Counted from the stretch's first letter, positions 1 through 10,275 are shown. The stretch: 64,000 nucleotides of DNA from Myxococcota bacterium (GCA_039028615.1 JBCCHT010000015.1:96001-160000); one strand, 5' to 3'. Made by a program: numbers and translations. The notes: generated by a model not told the origin, from the sequence alone.

Positions 1-2
1 TG

Positions 3-401
3 GTTCAGCGGCGGCTCGCCGACTACGACCCCGCCTATTCGGTGCGCAGCTGGATCGCGGGCATCACTCGTCGAGTGGTCATGCACTACCACCGCAGCCG
101 CACGCGAAGTGAACGAAGGATCGCGCGCGTGGAGACCCCGGTGCAGACGTCGACGTCTCCCGACGAGGCGGTCTCCCACAACGAGGCGGCGGCGTTTCTC
201 GAGTCGTTCATCGCCGGGCTGCCCACCGACAAGCGGGAGGCCTTCGTACTCGGTGAGCTCGAGGGGCTCAGTGCTCCCGAGATCGCCCACATCGTGGGGC
301 ACAACGTCAACACGGTCTACTCTCGGCTGAGGTCTGCGCGGCAGGCCTTCCAGGCGAGCGTCGATCGCCTCGAAGCAGTGCGGAGGCGTGAGGGTGGATG
401 A
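3..401 (+). CDS. ECF-type RNA polymerase sigma factor (5'-truncated by window edge)
   Basis: Open from the window start (VQRRLADYDPAYSVRSWIAGI = region 2); region 4 LPTDKREAFVLGELEGLSAPEIAHIVGHNVNTVYSRLRSAR. Confidence 0.9.
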   Translation, partial: VQRRLADYDPAYSVRSWIAGITRRVVMHYHRSRTRSERRIARVETPVQTSTSPDEAVSHNEAAAFLESFIAGLPTDKREAFVLGELEGLSAPEIAHIVGHNVNTVYSRLRSARQAFQASVDRLEAVRRREGG

Positions 402-1125
402 GCTGAAGACCAACGCCCAGGCGCTCCTCGAGCGTGCCAAGCCCGGTTTCGCTCCGTCGACCGAGCAGCTCGAGTGCGTTCGAAAGAGGCTCTCGGCCGA
501 GCCTCCTCCACCGCCTCCGAAGGCGGCCAACTGGGCTTGGTATGCGGGCGCGTTGGTGCTCGCGGGCCTGCTCGCGGGCGGGGTTGCGGTGAGTCGCACG
601 GGAGGGGGAGACGCCACGGCGGCGGCTGTCGAGGCCTCGCCCGTGTCCGTTGCAGTCGAACCCGAACGTCGGGAGGTCGCGGAGGAGCCCGCTCCCGTGC
701 CCGCTCCCGCGACCGTGGTGCCGGCCGAGCCTCCGCGTGCTCCGAGGTCCGAGGCCACGCCCGAAGCCCCGCCGAGCGGGCCCTCGCCCAAGATCCAATC
801 GTCGACGCCCGGCCGGTCGTCGTCGCGCCGAGCGTCGAAGGCTCCGGCCACCGACACCTTCGCGGCGCAGCTGGAGCTGATCATCGCCGCTCGCAAAGCG
901 CTGGAAGCTCGAGCATTCCCCACCGCTCGCAAGACCGCCAAGCGCTACCTCGATCGCTTCGACGGCGGGTCCTTCGACGAGGAGGCCGAGGTCCTGCACC
1001 TGTTGGCGAGCTGCGGCATCGAGCGCACCGACGCCGTCACGGCACGCGCGCGGGTCTACGTCAAGAGCCACGACAGCCGCTTCGCTCGGCGAGTTCGCAT
1101 CGCGTGCCTCGAGCCTTCGCGCTGA
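394..1125 (+). CDS. Putative anti-sigma factor: single TM, Pro-rich linker, C-terminal TPR-like helices
   Basis: GTG start overlaps the sigma stop, GGAGG at 382-386; TM segment WAWYAGALVLAGLLAGGVAV; C-terminal AQLELIIAARKAL...YLDRFDGGSFDEEAEVL...C. Confidence 0.75.
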   Translation: MDELKTNAQALLERAKPGFAPSTEQLECVRKRLSAEPPPPPPKAANWAWYAGALVLAGLLAGGVAVSRTGGGDATAAAVEASPVSVAVEPERREVAEEPAPVPAPATVVPAEPPRAPRSEATPEAPPSGPSPKIQSSTPGRSSSRRASKAPATDTFAAQLELIIAARKALEARAFPTARKTAKRYLDRFDGGSFDEEAEVLHLLASCGIERTDAVTARARVYVKSHDSRFARRVRIACLEPSR

Positions 1126-1182
1126 CGCGAACTTTGGTCCACGGATGACGACGTCCGCGGGCAATACGAAGCACGATCGAAT

Positions 1183-1809
1183 ATGCCACTCGTTGCTTCT
1201 GGATCGCTGTCCATCGTGTTGCTCGGTTTTTCTCCACCTCCAACCGCGACCGCGGAGCGAGAGCCTCAGCCCTGGCCCGTGACCCTGGAGTCGGGCGTCC
1301 AGGCCCTCGGCTTTTCGCCCGCGCCTGCCAACCCGACCGCCGCCATCGGCACCGAGGTCCGCGTGCTTCGACGCCGGGTCTACGACCTCCATATCGGGCT
1401 CGCCGTTGGTGGTTTTCACCATGCTCGGTTCGCCCGCGGCGGCTTCGTCGATGCCACGATCGGGCAGCGCTGGACCGCTCCCTTTGGTCTGTTCGGCGAA
1501 TTCGACGTCGTCGCGGGAGGGCAAGCGACCGCCATTCCCGTGCGGATCCATCGGGTGGGAGACGATGGGCGCCTGCAGCCGTCTCGTGCTCCCGTTCGCC
1601 CGGCGGCACGCGTCGGGCTCGGGCTCGGGCTCGGCTTCGATCTCGGCCGGGTCTGTTCGGCCCCGGTACGGCTCTTCGTTCGCTATCGCCAGCTCGCCTG
1701 GACCCCGTTCATGCTCGGCAATGGGCTGCCCGCGATGGGCATCGCTTCGTTGACCGGTGGAATTGCCGTGGAGTTTGGAACATGGATGCGCGCTCGTCGT
1801 TCTCGATGA
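1183..1809 (+). CDS. Secreted, probable outer-membrane beta-barrel protein
   Basis: N-terminal signal-like segment, alternating hydrophobic strands (VGLGLGLGFDLG), C-terminal strand GGIAVEF. Confidence 0.55.
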   Translation: MPLVASGSLSIVLLGFSPPPTATAEREPQPWPVTLESGVQALGFSPAPANPTAAIGTEVRVLRRRVYDLHIGLAVGGFHHARFARGGFVDATIGQRWTAPFGLFGEFDVVAGGQATAIPVRIHRVGDDGRLQPSRAPVRPAARVGLGLGLGFDLGRVCSAPVRLFVRYRQLAWTPFMLGNGLPAMGIASLTGGIAVEFGTWMRARRSR

Positions 1810-2990
1810 TTCGTTGGGGACTGTTGACCGCGGGGCTCATGGCCTCCGGCTGTGTGCTCGAGGAAGACGCATCGGGTGAGCCGCCGCTGTGCGTCGAAGG
1901 GAGCCCTCGGCTTCCTCCCTCCACAGGCCACCCCCAGGCCGACGCGTTCCAGCAGGCGCTGGAGTCGGCCGTGGATGCGGGCTTGCCCGGGGTGTCGATG
2001 GCGATCCGGGACCGCGATGGTGTGTGGGAAGGGGCCGCAGGCTTCGCCGACCTCGATCGCGGCACGCCCATGGAGCCTTGTCACCGCACCCGCATCGCGA
2101 GCGTGACCAAGACCTTCGTGGCCGCCACGGTGCTGCGATTGGTCGACCAGGGCCGGCTCGGCCTCGACGACACGCTGGGCGAGCGATTGCCGCAACGCAG
2201 CCAGCGGGTGGCCCATGCCGACCAGATCACCGTGCGGCAGCTGCTGAGCCATACCAGCGGGGTCTACAACTTCCTCGACGTCCCGCTGGTGCTCGAGCTT
2301 TTCAACCGCCCCGACCGGACCTGGACGGTGCAGGAGTGCTTCGAGCAGGCGGCTGATCGCGATTCCGACTTCGCCCCGGGCACGGGCTGGTCCTACTCGA
2401 ATACCAACTACATCTTGCTGGGCTGGATCATCGAGGCGGTGACCGGCCTCCCGCACGAGCAGGTCATGCACGACGAGTTCTTCGAGCCGTTGGAGCTGTA
2501 CCAGACCTCGTATCGGGTCGACGATTTCGACGTGTCCGGGGTCGTGCACGGGTACTTCGACCTGTTCGGGGACCAAGCGCTCGTGGACTCGACCGACTCA
2601 TACGCGAACCTCTGCATCGGCCCCGACGGAGGCATGATCTCCAGTGCACACGACATGCTGGTGTTCTTCGATCATCTGTTCGGCGAGGAGGACCTGCTTT
2701 CGTCCGAAGCCCTGTCGCAGATGCTGCCCTTCGCCCCGACGGGCGAACCCGACTTCCCGACCTACGGCCTCGGCATCGAGACCTGGGGGGAGGGCGAGCG
2801 CCTGGCCTACGGGCACGGCGGCCACGAGTTCGGCTACCGGACGTTCGCGTACCATTTCCCGGCGCAGGACCTGACCTTCGTGGTGTGGTTCAACGCGTCG
2901 AGCTTGCTGCCGGGCGACGACAACATCGCGGCCACGATCAACGCGCAGCGGGACCACCTCCGCGACCTGGCGCTGGGCCTCGCGGAGTGA
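1806..2990 (+). CDS. Serine hydrolase lipoprotein (beta-lactamase class C / D-Ala-D-Ala carboxypeptidase family)
   Basis: SxxK (IASVTKTF), LLSHTSG, YSN (WSYSNTNY), YGHGG; lipobox ASGC; ATGA overlap with upstream gene. Confidence 0.9.
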   Translation: MIRWGLLTAGLMASGCVLEEDASGEPPLCVEGSPRLPPSTGHPQADAFQQALESAVDAGLPGVSMAIRDRDGVWEGAAGFADLDRGTPMEPCHRTRIASVTKTFVAATVLRLVDQGRLGLDDTLGERLPQRSQRVAHADQITVRQLLSHTSGVYNFLDVPLVLELFNRPDRTWTVQECFEQAADRDSDFAPGTGWSYSNTNYILLGWIIEAVTGLPHEQVMHDEFFEPLELYQTSYRVDDFDVSGVVHGYFDLFGDQALVDSTDSYANLCIGPDGGMISSAHDMLVFFDHLFGEEDLLSSEALSQMLPFAPTGEPDFPTYGLGIETWGEGERLAYGHGGHEFGYRTFAYHFPAQDLTFVVWFNASSLLPGDDNIAATINAQRDHLRDLALGLAE

Positions 2991-3167
2991 GCCCGACGCG
3001 TGTTCCCGGAGGCCGACGAGGAGATTCCTACTATTTCGAATCTCGCGTGCCGCATTCTCCCCTGGTCCAGCGGGCCGCCGAGGCGATGCCCCCGAGGGGA
3101 TCACCGCGAAAACATCTCGGCGGTTCCCTCTAGTGCGCACCCTTGCCGCCAGCCGATCCTGGACGGA

Positions 3168-4010
3168 ATGAAATCGATCAGACTCGAACGTGGAACCAAC
3201 GCCCGGCCTGCTCACCCAACGTGGACTCGATTCTTCGGTGCATCACTGGCGCTGCTCGTCGCGGGCGGCTGTGCGGTGGTGCAGCCCGGAGAAGTCGGCG
3301 TCAAATCGAAGTGGGGCAAGCTGGACGAGAAGGTCCATACGCCCGGGTTGGTCGGTCTCAACCGCATCAGCAGTCGCCTCTATCGCGTCCCTACGCAGAC
3401 GGTGAACCGGGAGGTCCAGCTCAACCTGCCGTCGAAGGAGGGGCTGAACGTCAGCGCCGAGATTTCCATCCTCTATCACATTCAAGCCGAGCGAGCGCCC
3501 GACGTCATCCGCGACGTGGGGCTCGACTATGAAGAGGTCCTCATCCTCAGCGTGTTTCGATCCGCCTCGGCCGACATCTGTGCGCGCTTTTTCGCCAAGG
3601 ACATGCACTCGGGCAAGCGCGCGGAGATTGAGGCGGAGATCCAAAAGCAGATGGGCGAGCAGCTCGCCGAGCGCGGCTTCGTGATCGAGGCGGTGCTGCT
3701 CAAGAGCATCCGGCTGCCCCCGGGGCTGTACACCGCCATCGAAGACAAGCTCGAGGCGGAGCAGGAGGCGCAGCGCATGCAGTTCGTACTCCAGCGAGAA
3801 CAGCGAGAGGCGGAGCGCAAGACCATCGAGGCCCAAGGCGTCCGGGATGCGCAGAAGGTGCTGGCCGACGGTTTGAGCGAGGAGATCATCCGCTGGCGGA
3901 GCCTCGAGGTGCTCCAGGAACTCGCCAGCTCACCGAACGCCAAGCTCATCGTGACCGATGGATCCGCGCCGGTCTTCTTCAATGAGGACGTGGGCGGTAC
4001 CCCGCCCTAG
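3168..4010 (+). CDS. SPFH/prohibitin (band 7) family protein
   Basis: CAVVQPGEVGV, SKEGLNV, VLLKSIRLP, AIEDKLEAEQEAQRM coiled coil; start chosen at ATG 3168. Confidence 0.9.
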   Translation: MKSIRLERGTNARPAHPTWTRFFGASLALLVAGGCAVVQPGEVGVKSKWGKLDEKVHTPGLVGLNRISSRLYRVPTQTVNREVQLNLPSKEGLNVSAEISILYHIQAERAPDVIRDVGLDYEEVLILSVFRSASADICARFFAKDMHSGKRAEIEAEIQKQMGEQLAERGFVIEAVLLKSIRLPPGLYTAIEDKLEAEQEAQRMQFVLQREQREAERKTIEAQGVRDAQKVLADGLSEEIIRWRSLEVLQELASSPNAKLIVTDGSAPVFFNEDVGGTPP

Positions 4011-4031
4011 ACGCGGCCGAAACAAAGACGA

Positions 4032-4065
4032 ACGCCGCCATCCCGGCCACGCGGGATGGCGGCGT
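4032..4065 (-). terminator. Rho-independent terminator hairpin between convergent genes
   Basis: Perfect 14-bp stem ACGCCGCCATCCCG / CGGGATGGCGGCGT with a 6-nt loop; followed on the minus strand by TCGTCTTTGTTT. Confidence 0.75.
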
Positions 4066-4080
4066 CGAGAACACAAAGGG

Positions 4081-5805
4081 CTACTTGCCCCCGTAGGCGC
4101 AGATGCTGAAGTCGTCGCCGTCCCAGCAGGCACGGTCGGTGGCCGAGCGCTTGGCCTCGCCCCAGCGGGAAGAGATGCCGTCTTTGGTCAGCCCGCGCAC
4201 TTCGGCGACGCCGGGCTCCGCGATGGACACCATCAGCGGGTTGGCACCGAAGAAATCGGGCTCACCGACGGGGGTGATGCTGAAGCTCCCCGTGCCACCG
4301 TCGGGCTTGAAGGTGCACCGTCCGTCGTAGGACTCGCTGCCGGAGGTGACCAGGCAGCGGGCATTCCCACCGCCGGTCGGAGCGGGCGCGGCCGAGCCCC
4401 CGCTGCCGATGAGCCGCTGATCGGCGCGGTCGAGCGACTCGTAGGTCTTCGCCGCGCCTCCGTCGACCACGAACATCCCGCCGGAGCGAACCTCGACCGT
4501 CCGGGCGTTGCCGAGGTCGAGTCGTCGGCAGCCGACCTCGGGATCGGTGCGGCACACCACCAGGCGAGCGCTTCGTTGCATGCCGCTGCCGCTGTCCTCG
4601 AGTCCGGTGACCAGCACGGCGAGCTCGTGGCCGGGCTTGCCATCGAGATCCATGGCCCAGCTGGCGACGGGCTCGTGGACGCGCTTGACGCTCATGCCTT
4701 CGATGGCGACCTCGCGGACCCGAGCGACGCCGTGCCACCCGGACATCTTCTGGATCATGATCCCCGAGACCCCGTCGTCGGCCAATGCCCCCGTGCGGTG
4801 CTTGATGACGCCGGCGTGGTCGACGAAGTCCTCGCTGCTCGACTCTTCGGCGATGTCACCGTCGTCGCCGCAGTCCTCCATGTATTCGTCGGTGCCGAGC
4901 ACTTCCCCCGCTTCGTCGGCGCCGATTTGCTTGCCCCAGCGGCGGCCGAGGTCGGCACACTGGCTCGCCCAGCCGCACGGCGGCGGGAGGCTGCTGGTGC
5001 GGTCGCAGTCGTAGGCGTCGAGGCCCGCGAGGGGCTTGGCCGACGGAGCGGGCGTGGAGTCGACGTTGTACGCACGGCCGGAGTCGGCCGGGGCGGGGGT
5101 CAGGCGAATGGTGAGCAGGGCGCCCGCAGCCGAGCCGGCCGGAGTCCCTCCACCGACCGCCGGGGCCGTGGGGCGAGGGCCGACCTTGATGCGAACGGTG
5201 ACCGGGCAGCCCGAGCCCAGCGTGGCCTTGGCCACGAGGCGCTCGCCGTCGCGGTTGGCGGTCGCGCTGAAGTTGCCGCGGCAGTTGTCGAAGCCGGACA
5301 CGCGACCTTCGAACTGGAAGCTGTCGGGGCCGCCCGACAGCGTGCCGTTGAAGCCGTTGTCGGGGTTGAGCTTGGTTCCGGGGGCGCTCACCTTCCACTT
5401 GCCGTCACCATCGGCGGTGACCTTGCAACGGCGGTTATAGGACCCCGTGCTGTCGCGGAACGAGCAGCCGAAGGTGCCCGCCGCGAGGGCAGGAGGCTCG
5501 GCTGCGGGTGTCGGCGTGATCGGATCGGCTGCCGTGGGAGGGTCGTCTGCCGCGACCGCTCCGCCATCTCCCGCGGGCGCCGGTTTGTCGGCGGCGTCTT
5601 TGGTGGCGGCGTCGCTCTTGGTCTCGCCGCCCTTGGCTTCGCCGCCCTTGGCGTCGCTCTTGGTCGCGTCCTTGTCCTTCGCTTCCTTCTTGGCGGTGTC
5701 CTTGGAAGACGCGTCGTCTTTTTTGTCGGAGTCACAGGCGAACGTGGTGAGACCGAGGACCACGGCGAGTCCCATCCATCGTCCTGAATTCGGGCGGCGC
5801 TTCAT
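4081..5805 (-). CDS. Hypothetical multidomain lipoprotein
   Basis: MKRR...LAVVLGLTTFAC lipobox, Lys/Asp-rich linker, several paired-Cys domains. Confidence 0.7.
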   Translation of the reverse strand: MKRRPNSGRWMGLAVVLGLTTFACDSDKKDDASSKDTAKKEAKDKDATKSDAKGGEAKGGETKSDAATKDAADKPAPAGDGGAVAADDPPTAADPITPTPAAEPPALAAGTFGCSFRDSTGSYNRRCKVTADGDGKWKVSAPGTKLNPDNGFNGTLSGGPDSFQFEGRVSGFDNCRGNFSATANRDGERLVAKATLGSGCPVTVRIKVGPRPTAPAVGGGTPAGSAAGALLTIRLTPAPADSGRAYNVDSTPAPSAKPLAGLDAYDCDRTSSLPPPCGWASQCADLGRRWGKQIGADEAGEVLGTDEYMEDCGDDGDIAEESSSEDFVDHAGVIKHRTGALADDGVSGIMIQKMSGWHGVARVREVAIEGMSVKRVHEPVASWAMDLDGKPGHELAVLVTGLEDSGSGMQRSARLVVCRTDPEVGCRRLDLGNARTVEVRSGGMFVVDGGAAKTYESLDRADQRLIGSGGSAAPAPTGGGNARCLVTSGSESYDGRCTFKPDGGTGSFSITPVGEPDFFGANPLMVSIAEPGVAEVRGLTKDGISSRWGEAKRSATDRACWDGDDFSICAYGGK

Positions 5806-5952
5806 TCGCCCACGATACCGTCCGACCGGCCGATCAGAACTACGGAATCCCCGGACATCCGACGTCGACAATTGTGCCGTTGGGGGAATCGAACCGGGGC
5901 ATGAGGTCACCCGTCAGAGTGAAGCGGCGCAGGCCGCAATGTCCCCAAAGAG

Positions 5953-7266
5953 ATGACAACTATGTTTACTTCCTTGCGTCCCCAGTTTTCCTTCTTGCTC
6001 TGTCTGGCGGTGGTCGGATGTGCGACCGAGTCTCCACCCGATTCGGGGGTCGACGAGGGCGGCAGCGATCCGTCCTCGGGGGGTGTCCCGACCGAGGAGG
6101 ACACCGACACCGATCCGACCGGCGAGGGCCCGACCGCGGACGGTGACACCGACGATGCGGACACCGACGACGGTGACACCGACGATGGCGAAACCGATGG
6201 GTGTGACACCGAGGGCTGCGAGGTCGAGGGCTACGAGTGCCTGAGCGCCTTGGCCTACGACGGTGGGCTCCTCGCTACCGCCAACCGCAGCGCCCTGTGC
6301 CCGGACTGCGGCGAGCACGGAGCCTCGCAAGGGGTGTTGCTCGCCGTCGACCCCCAAAGTGGCGAGCGAACCGAGCTCGGCGTCGCAGCGGTCAAGCAGA
6401 CGTTCGAGATGCTCGCCATCGCCCCCGACGGCGGGCTCGTGGTGGGAGGCTCGACCTTCTTGCCCGACTCGCTGAGCTACGACCCGCTGCTGCAGAAGTA
6501 CACCGCCGACGGTGCGCTCTCATGGACCTCTCCGTCGACCTTCGGCGTGGCCGACTTCGCCATTCGAGGCGACGAGATCCTGGTGGTCAGCGGCCACGGC
6601 ACGGCCGACCTCACCGTGGTCTCGGGTGAAGACGGCTCGATCCTCGAGCAGCTCGAGGGGGGCGTGGGCCGTACGCAGAGCATTGCGGTCGACGACGGCG
6701 GCAACGTGTATGTGGCCGGTGACGCGGTGGAGATCGTCGACGGAAAGACGGTCGCGGAGGAGTCGTTCGTGCGCAAGTACGACGCCGAGCTCCAGCTGGA
6801 ATGGGAACAGTTCGCGCCCCCTTCGCTGGAGGGGGCCGGGCTCGCTGCGCCCGCACTGGTCGTCGACGAAGACGGCGGGGTCATCGTGGCGATTCGGCAG
6901 AGCCCCGAGGAAGGACCCTCCACCCTCGCGTTCCGCAAGTACGACGATGCGGGCACCGAGCAGTGGGTGAGCACGCTGGAGATCGGAGACCCGGCGAAAG
7001 AGGCCACGCACTACCTGTTCGGTCTGCATGCGCGGCCGGGTGGGGGACTGGTCGCGATCGGTCAGACCGGAGGCCGCGACGACTCTGCCTTCACCGTCGC
7101 ATACGACGGCGGCGGAGTACCGCTGTGGTCCGACGTGCAGGCGCACGCCGACCTCTCGCACGAAATCAACGAGGGCCTCGTGATCGCCTCCGACACCGTG
7201 TTCGTGGCCGGTTGTGCCCGCGGCGAGCCGGACGACCTGGCCTGGCTGCTGGAGTTCGAGCCGTAG
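5953..7266 (+). CDS. Lipoprotein with beta-propeller (SBBP/PQQ-like) repeats
   Basis: Lipobox VVGC; repeats such as IAVDDGGNVYVAG...FVRKYDAELQLEW and LQKYTADGALSW; DGDTD repeats in the linker. Confidence 0.75.
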   Translation: MTTMFTSLRPQFSFLLCLAVVGCATESPPDSGVDEGGSDPSSGGVPTEEDTDTDPTGEGPTADGDTDDADTDDGDTDDGETDGCDTEGCEVEGYECLSALAYDGGLLATANRSALCPDCGEHGASQGVLLAVDPQSGERTELGVAAVKQTFEMLAIAPDGGLVVGGSTFLPDSLSYDPLLQKYTADGALSWTSPSTFGVADFAIRGDEILVVSGHGTADLTVVSGEDGSILEQLEGGVGRTQSIAVDDGGNVYVAGDAVEIVDGKTVAEESFVRKYDAELQLEWEQFAPPSLEGAGLAAPALVVDEDGGVIVAIRQSPEEGPSTLAFRKYDDAGTEQWVSTLEIGDPAKEATHYLFGLHARPGGGLVAIGQTGGRDDSAFTVAYDGGGVPLWSDVQAHADLSHEINEGLVIASDTVFVAGCARGEPDDLAWLLEFEP

Positions 7267-7329
7267 TCGTTTTCGGCTACCGTAGGGGGGTGCGCTCGGT
7301 CGAGGGCCGGGCGCGTTCCTCGTTTCGCC

Positions 7330-7575
7330 ATGAAAGCCGTCTGCGCCCGCTGCTTCCGCCCGGTGTCCGTCGCCGACGATCGACTCGAGGAAGCCACCGC
7401 AGGCCGTCGGATGACGACGGTCTACTGCAGCGACACGTTCGCGTTTCCGGCGATTGTTCTCCGCGGCGTGGAGCTGAACTGCTCCTACTGCGGCGTCGGG
7501 CAGGCGTTCGCGGTGGACGACGATGATGCCCCTCGGCTGAGGCGCACCTTCGAGGCCGAACCGGACGAGGACTGA
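7330..7575 (+). CDS. Small putative zinc-ribbon protein
   Basis: CARC...CSYC pair in 81 aa; fills an otherwise empty gap. Confidence 0.5.
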   Translation: MKAVCARCFRPVSVADDRLEEATAGRRMTTVYCSDTFAFPAIVLRGVELNCSYCGVGQAFAVDDDDAPRLRRTFEAEPDED

Positions 7576-7599
7576 AGGCCGGCCGGATCGGCGCGGGCC

Positions 7600-8886
7600 T
7601 CAGCCGGCGACCCATTCGCAGAGGCGGTCGATCGCGGTGGTGACCCGTGCGCAGTGCTGGCGCAGGAATGTCTCGTCGACGGTCGCGTCCTTGGGCATCC
7701 CCGCGAGGCCATCGAGGGCCGCGCCGCCGTCGAAGTCGACGTAGGCGAGGCGGGCGGTCAGCTCGGCGGGCTCGCGCCCGAAGAAGGACCCGGGCAGGAT
7801 GGCGACCCCCGTGTGCTCGAGCAGCTGCTCGCACAGGGCCGCGCTGTTCGTGATGCCCCGGCTCGCCAGCGCCTCGGTGTGCGCACTGAAGTCGGGGAAC
7901 AGGTAGAAGCCGCCCTCCGGCTCGCTGAGGCTCAGGCCCGCATCCGTCATGCGTCGGTGACACCACCGGCCCAACGCACCCAGGATGCGGCGGGATCGGG
8001 CGAGGTACTCGTCGATCTCGTCGCTCCCCTCGAAGGCCGTCACCGCGGCGTGCTGGATGGGCGCGCTGGTGGAGGTGTAGGTCTCGCTGGCCGCGGCCGC
8101 CATCGCATCGAGCAGCCACCGCATGGACGGCGGGAACAGGAAGGTGCCCAGTCGCCACCCACCCGCGCCGCACCACTTGCTCAGCCCCGAGCTGATGATC
8201 GTGCCCTCGGGGTAGAAGCGAGCGATCGAGACGTGTTGGCCCTCGTGGTGCAACTCGCCGTAGATCTCATCGGAGAGCAAGACCACCCGGTGCTCGGCTG
8301 CGACCTTGGCCAGCGCCTCGAGCTCCTCGGGCCGATGCGTGGCTCCCGTGGGATTCGACGGATAGTTGAGGATGAGGATCCGCGGGCGGCCGGGGTCCTG
8401 CTCGCACAGCCGTGCCAGCTCGGTCGCACCCAGGCGCCAACCGTTTTCGGGCCGCGTGGGCACCAGCCTGACCTGACGACCGATGATCTTGGCTTGCGGG
8501 GCATACGAGACCCACGCCGGGGTGGGGATGACCAGGTCGCCGTAGAACACCAGTTGCAACAGGAACATCAGCTCCTTGCTGCCGGGCCCGATGAGCACGT
8601 CGTCGCCCGTGCGCACCAGGCCATCGTGGCGTTGGTGGTACTCGGCCACCGCCTCGCGCAGCCGGGCGAGGCCCTTGACCGGCAGATAGTCCTTCTCGTG
8701 GGCGTGCTGCCGCAGCGCTTCGACGACGGGCTCGGCCACCGGGAACGGGGATTGACCCAGGCCCAGCTTGAAGACCTCGCGCCCGGCGGCCATGAGATCG
8801 TTGCAGTGCTCGTTGATCGCGACGGTCGCCGAGGCCGGCATGCCGCGTACGTTGAGGTTCAGGTTGATCTGCGGCTTGGCGTCCAC
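7600..8886 (-). CDS. PLP-dependent aminotransferase class I/II (aspartate aminotransferase-like)
   Basis: NYPSNPTG, LSDEIY, SGLSKWCGAGGWRLG (PLP lysine), PEGGFYLF. Confidence 0.93.
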   Translation of the reverse strand: MDAKPQINLNLNVRGMPASATVAINEHCNDLMAAGREVFKLGLGQSPFPVAEPVVEALRQHAHEKDYLPVKGLARLREAVAEYHQRHDGLVRTGDDVLIGPGSKELMFLLQLVFYGDLVIPTPAWVSYAPQAKIIGRQVRLVPTRPENGWRLGATELARLCEQDPGRPRILILNYPSNPTGATHRPEELEALAKVAAEHRVVLLSDEIYGELHHEGQHVSIARFYPEGTIISSGLSKWCGAGGWRLGTFLFPPSMRWLLDAMAAAASETYTSTSAPIQHAAVTAFEGSDEIDEYLARSRRILGALGRWCHRRMTDAGLSLSEPEGGFYLFPDFSAHTEALASRGITNSAALCEQLLEHTGVAILPGSFFGREPAELTARLAYVDFDGGAALDGLAGMPKDATVDETFLRQHCARVTTAIDRLCEWVAG

Positions 8887-8967
8887 GGTTGTGATCGAGC
8901 ATAGGTCGGTTTGGCCGTCTTGGCTCGTCGCTCGTGGCCCGGGGCGGGTGGGTGTAGCCTCGGCGGC

Positions 8968-10275
8968 ATGCGAACGTCGGTGATCGTCGGGGCCCTGTGC
9001 ACTATCGCGATGGTCGGCTGCGCATCACCGTGCGCACGCGTGAAGCAAGCGCATGCCGACATCACCCAGCGCCGCGAGCCGAATGCGGCCGGCGATCACC
9101 TGCGGCTGTCGGTGCCGCTGGCCCTGGTCAATCAGGTCATTCGTCGAGAGCTTCGCGGGGTGCCGCGGGCGAGATTGCCGCTGCCGACCATCGGGGGCGT
9201 CTCGCTCGGGACCGCGAGCGTGGGCGTGGATGCGGTGTCGGTGGTGCCCGCAGCGGCGGACGAGGTCTCGTTCGTGGCCGACGTCTCGGTGCGCTCGGGC
9301 AACAAGACGCTGCTGCCCGTGCGAGTGTCGGCCCGGGTGCGCCCGCGGCTCGACCCGGGCACGGGCACGGTGGTCGTGGCGCTCGACAAAAAGGGGCTGG
9401 TGGCCATGGACGCCAAGCTGGGGCGGGGTGGGGCGCGACCGCTGGTCGACGCGCTGTGGGGGCGTCTGCCGCCCGCCGCCCGCATGCTGACCTCCAAGGG
9501 CGACGTGGCGCAGCTGGCCGAGCCGGCTGCCAACGAGCTGTTGCGCCGGGCCACCGACCTGGTCGAGCGCGAGCTGCTCGACGACCTGGGCAAGGTCGCG
9601 CGGGTCGAGCTGGACTTGCCGCCCATTCCCGTCGACGCGCTGCGGGTGCGCTCGACCCCCGAAGACCTCGTCGTGGGCGTGCATACGCCGCTGCCCTCGC
9701 GGGGAGCGATTGCGGCGTCCGCCCCCCGTTCCACGCCGAAGCACCAGGTCGAGCTGGTCATTCACGGGGCGGCCGCGGTCGAGCTGGTCAACGACGCGAT
9801 GAGCCGCGGCGACGTGCCGCAGCGCTTCGGGCTGGACGGCGCCGCCGATGCCCAGGGCCCGCTGGAGGCCCACCTGGGCTGGGACAGCGCCGCGGCCAAG
9901 CCCCTGACGGTGCACGCATTCCTGCTCGATCCTCAGGCCGCCGGGCGTCCCGCCAAGGACTGCGCCCACGTTCGGCTCGGAGCCACCCCCGCCGTGAGCG
10001 CGCAGGGAGGCCGGCTGGTGCTCGGCACGAGCGATGCGAAGGTCGAAGACGTCGAGGGCTCGGCCGCGGTGAAGGCCGGCCTGTTCTTCGGCGGGGTCAG
10101 CCGCCGCAGCTTCGAGCACGTGGAGACGATCGCGGCCGACACCGAGTTCGAACTGGGACAGCAGAGCCTGCGCACGGAGCTACAGAGCGCCCAGCTCCAG
10201 GGCGATCGCCTGGTCATGGGGCTGACGCTCGCACCCGCCAAGGCGCGCCGCGTCACGCGTCGGCGCGGCCGCTAG
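8968..10275 (+). CDS. Hypothetical lipoprotein (beta-rich, possibly TULIP/BPI-like)
   Basis: MRTSVIVGALCTIAMVGC lipobox; long ORF with GC3 bias; fold is a guess. Confidence 0.65.
   Translation: MRTSVIVGALCTIAMVGCASPCARVKQAHADITQRREPNAAGDHLRLSVPLALVNQVIRRELRGVPRARLPLPTIGGVSLGTASVGVDAVSVVPAAADEVSFVADVSVRSGNKTLLPVRVSARVRPRLDPGTGTVVVALDKKGLVAMDAKLGRGGARPLVDALWGRLPPAARMLTSKGDVAQLAEPAANELLRRATDLVERELLDDLGKVARVELDLPPIPVDALRVRSTPEDLVVGVHTPLPSRGAIAASAPRSTPKHQVELVIHGAAAVELVNDAMSRGDVPQRFGLDGAADAQGPLEAHLGWDSAAAKPLTVHAFLLDPQAAGRPAKDCAHVRLGATPAVSAQGGRLVLGTSDAKVEDVEGSAAVKAGLFFGGVSRRSFEHVETIAADTEFELGQQSLRTELQSAQLQGDRLVMGLTLAPAKARRVTRRRGR

Noticed and set aside
3021..3044. Inverted repeat GAGATTC-N10-GAATCTC upstream of the SPFH gene
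   Set aside because: A single short palindrome with no cognate regulator nearby. It cannot be distinguished from chance.
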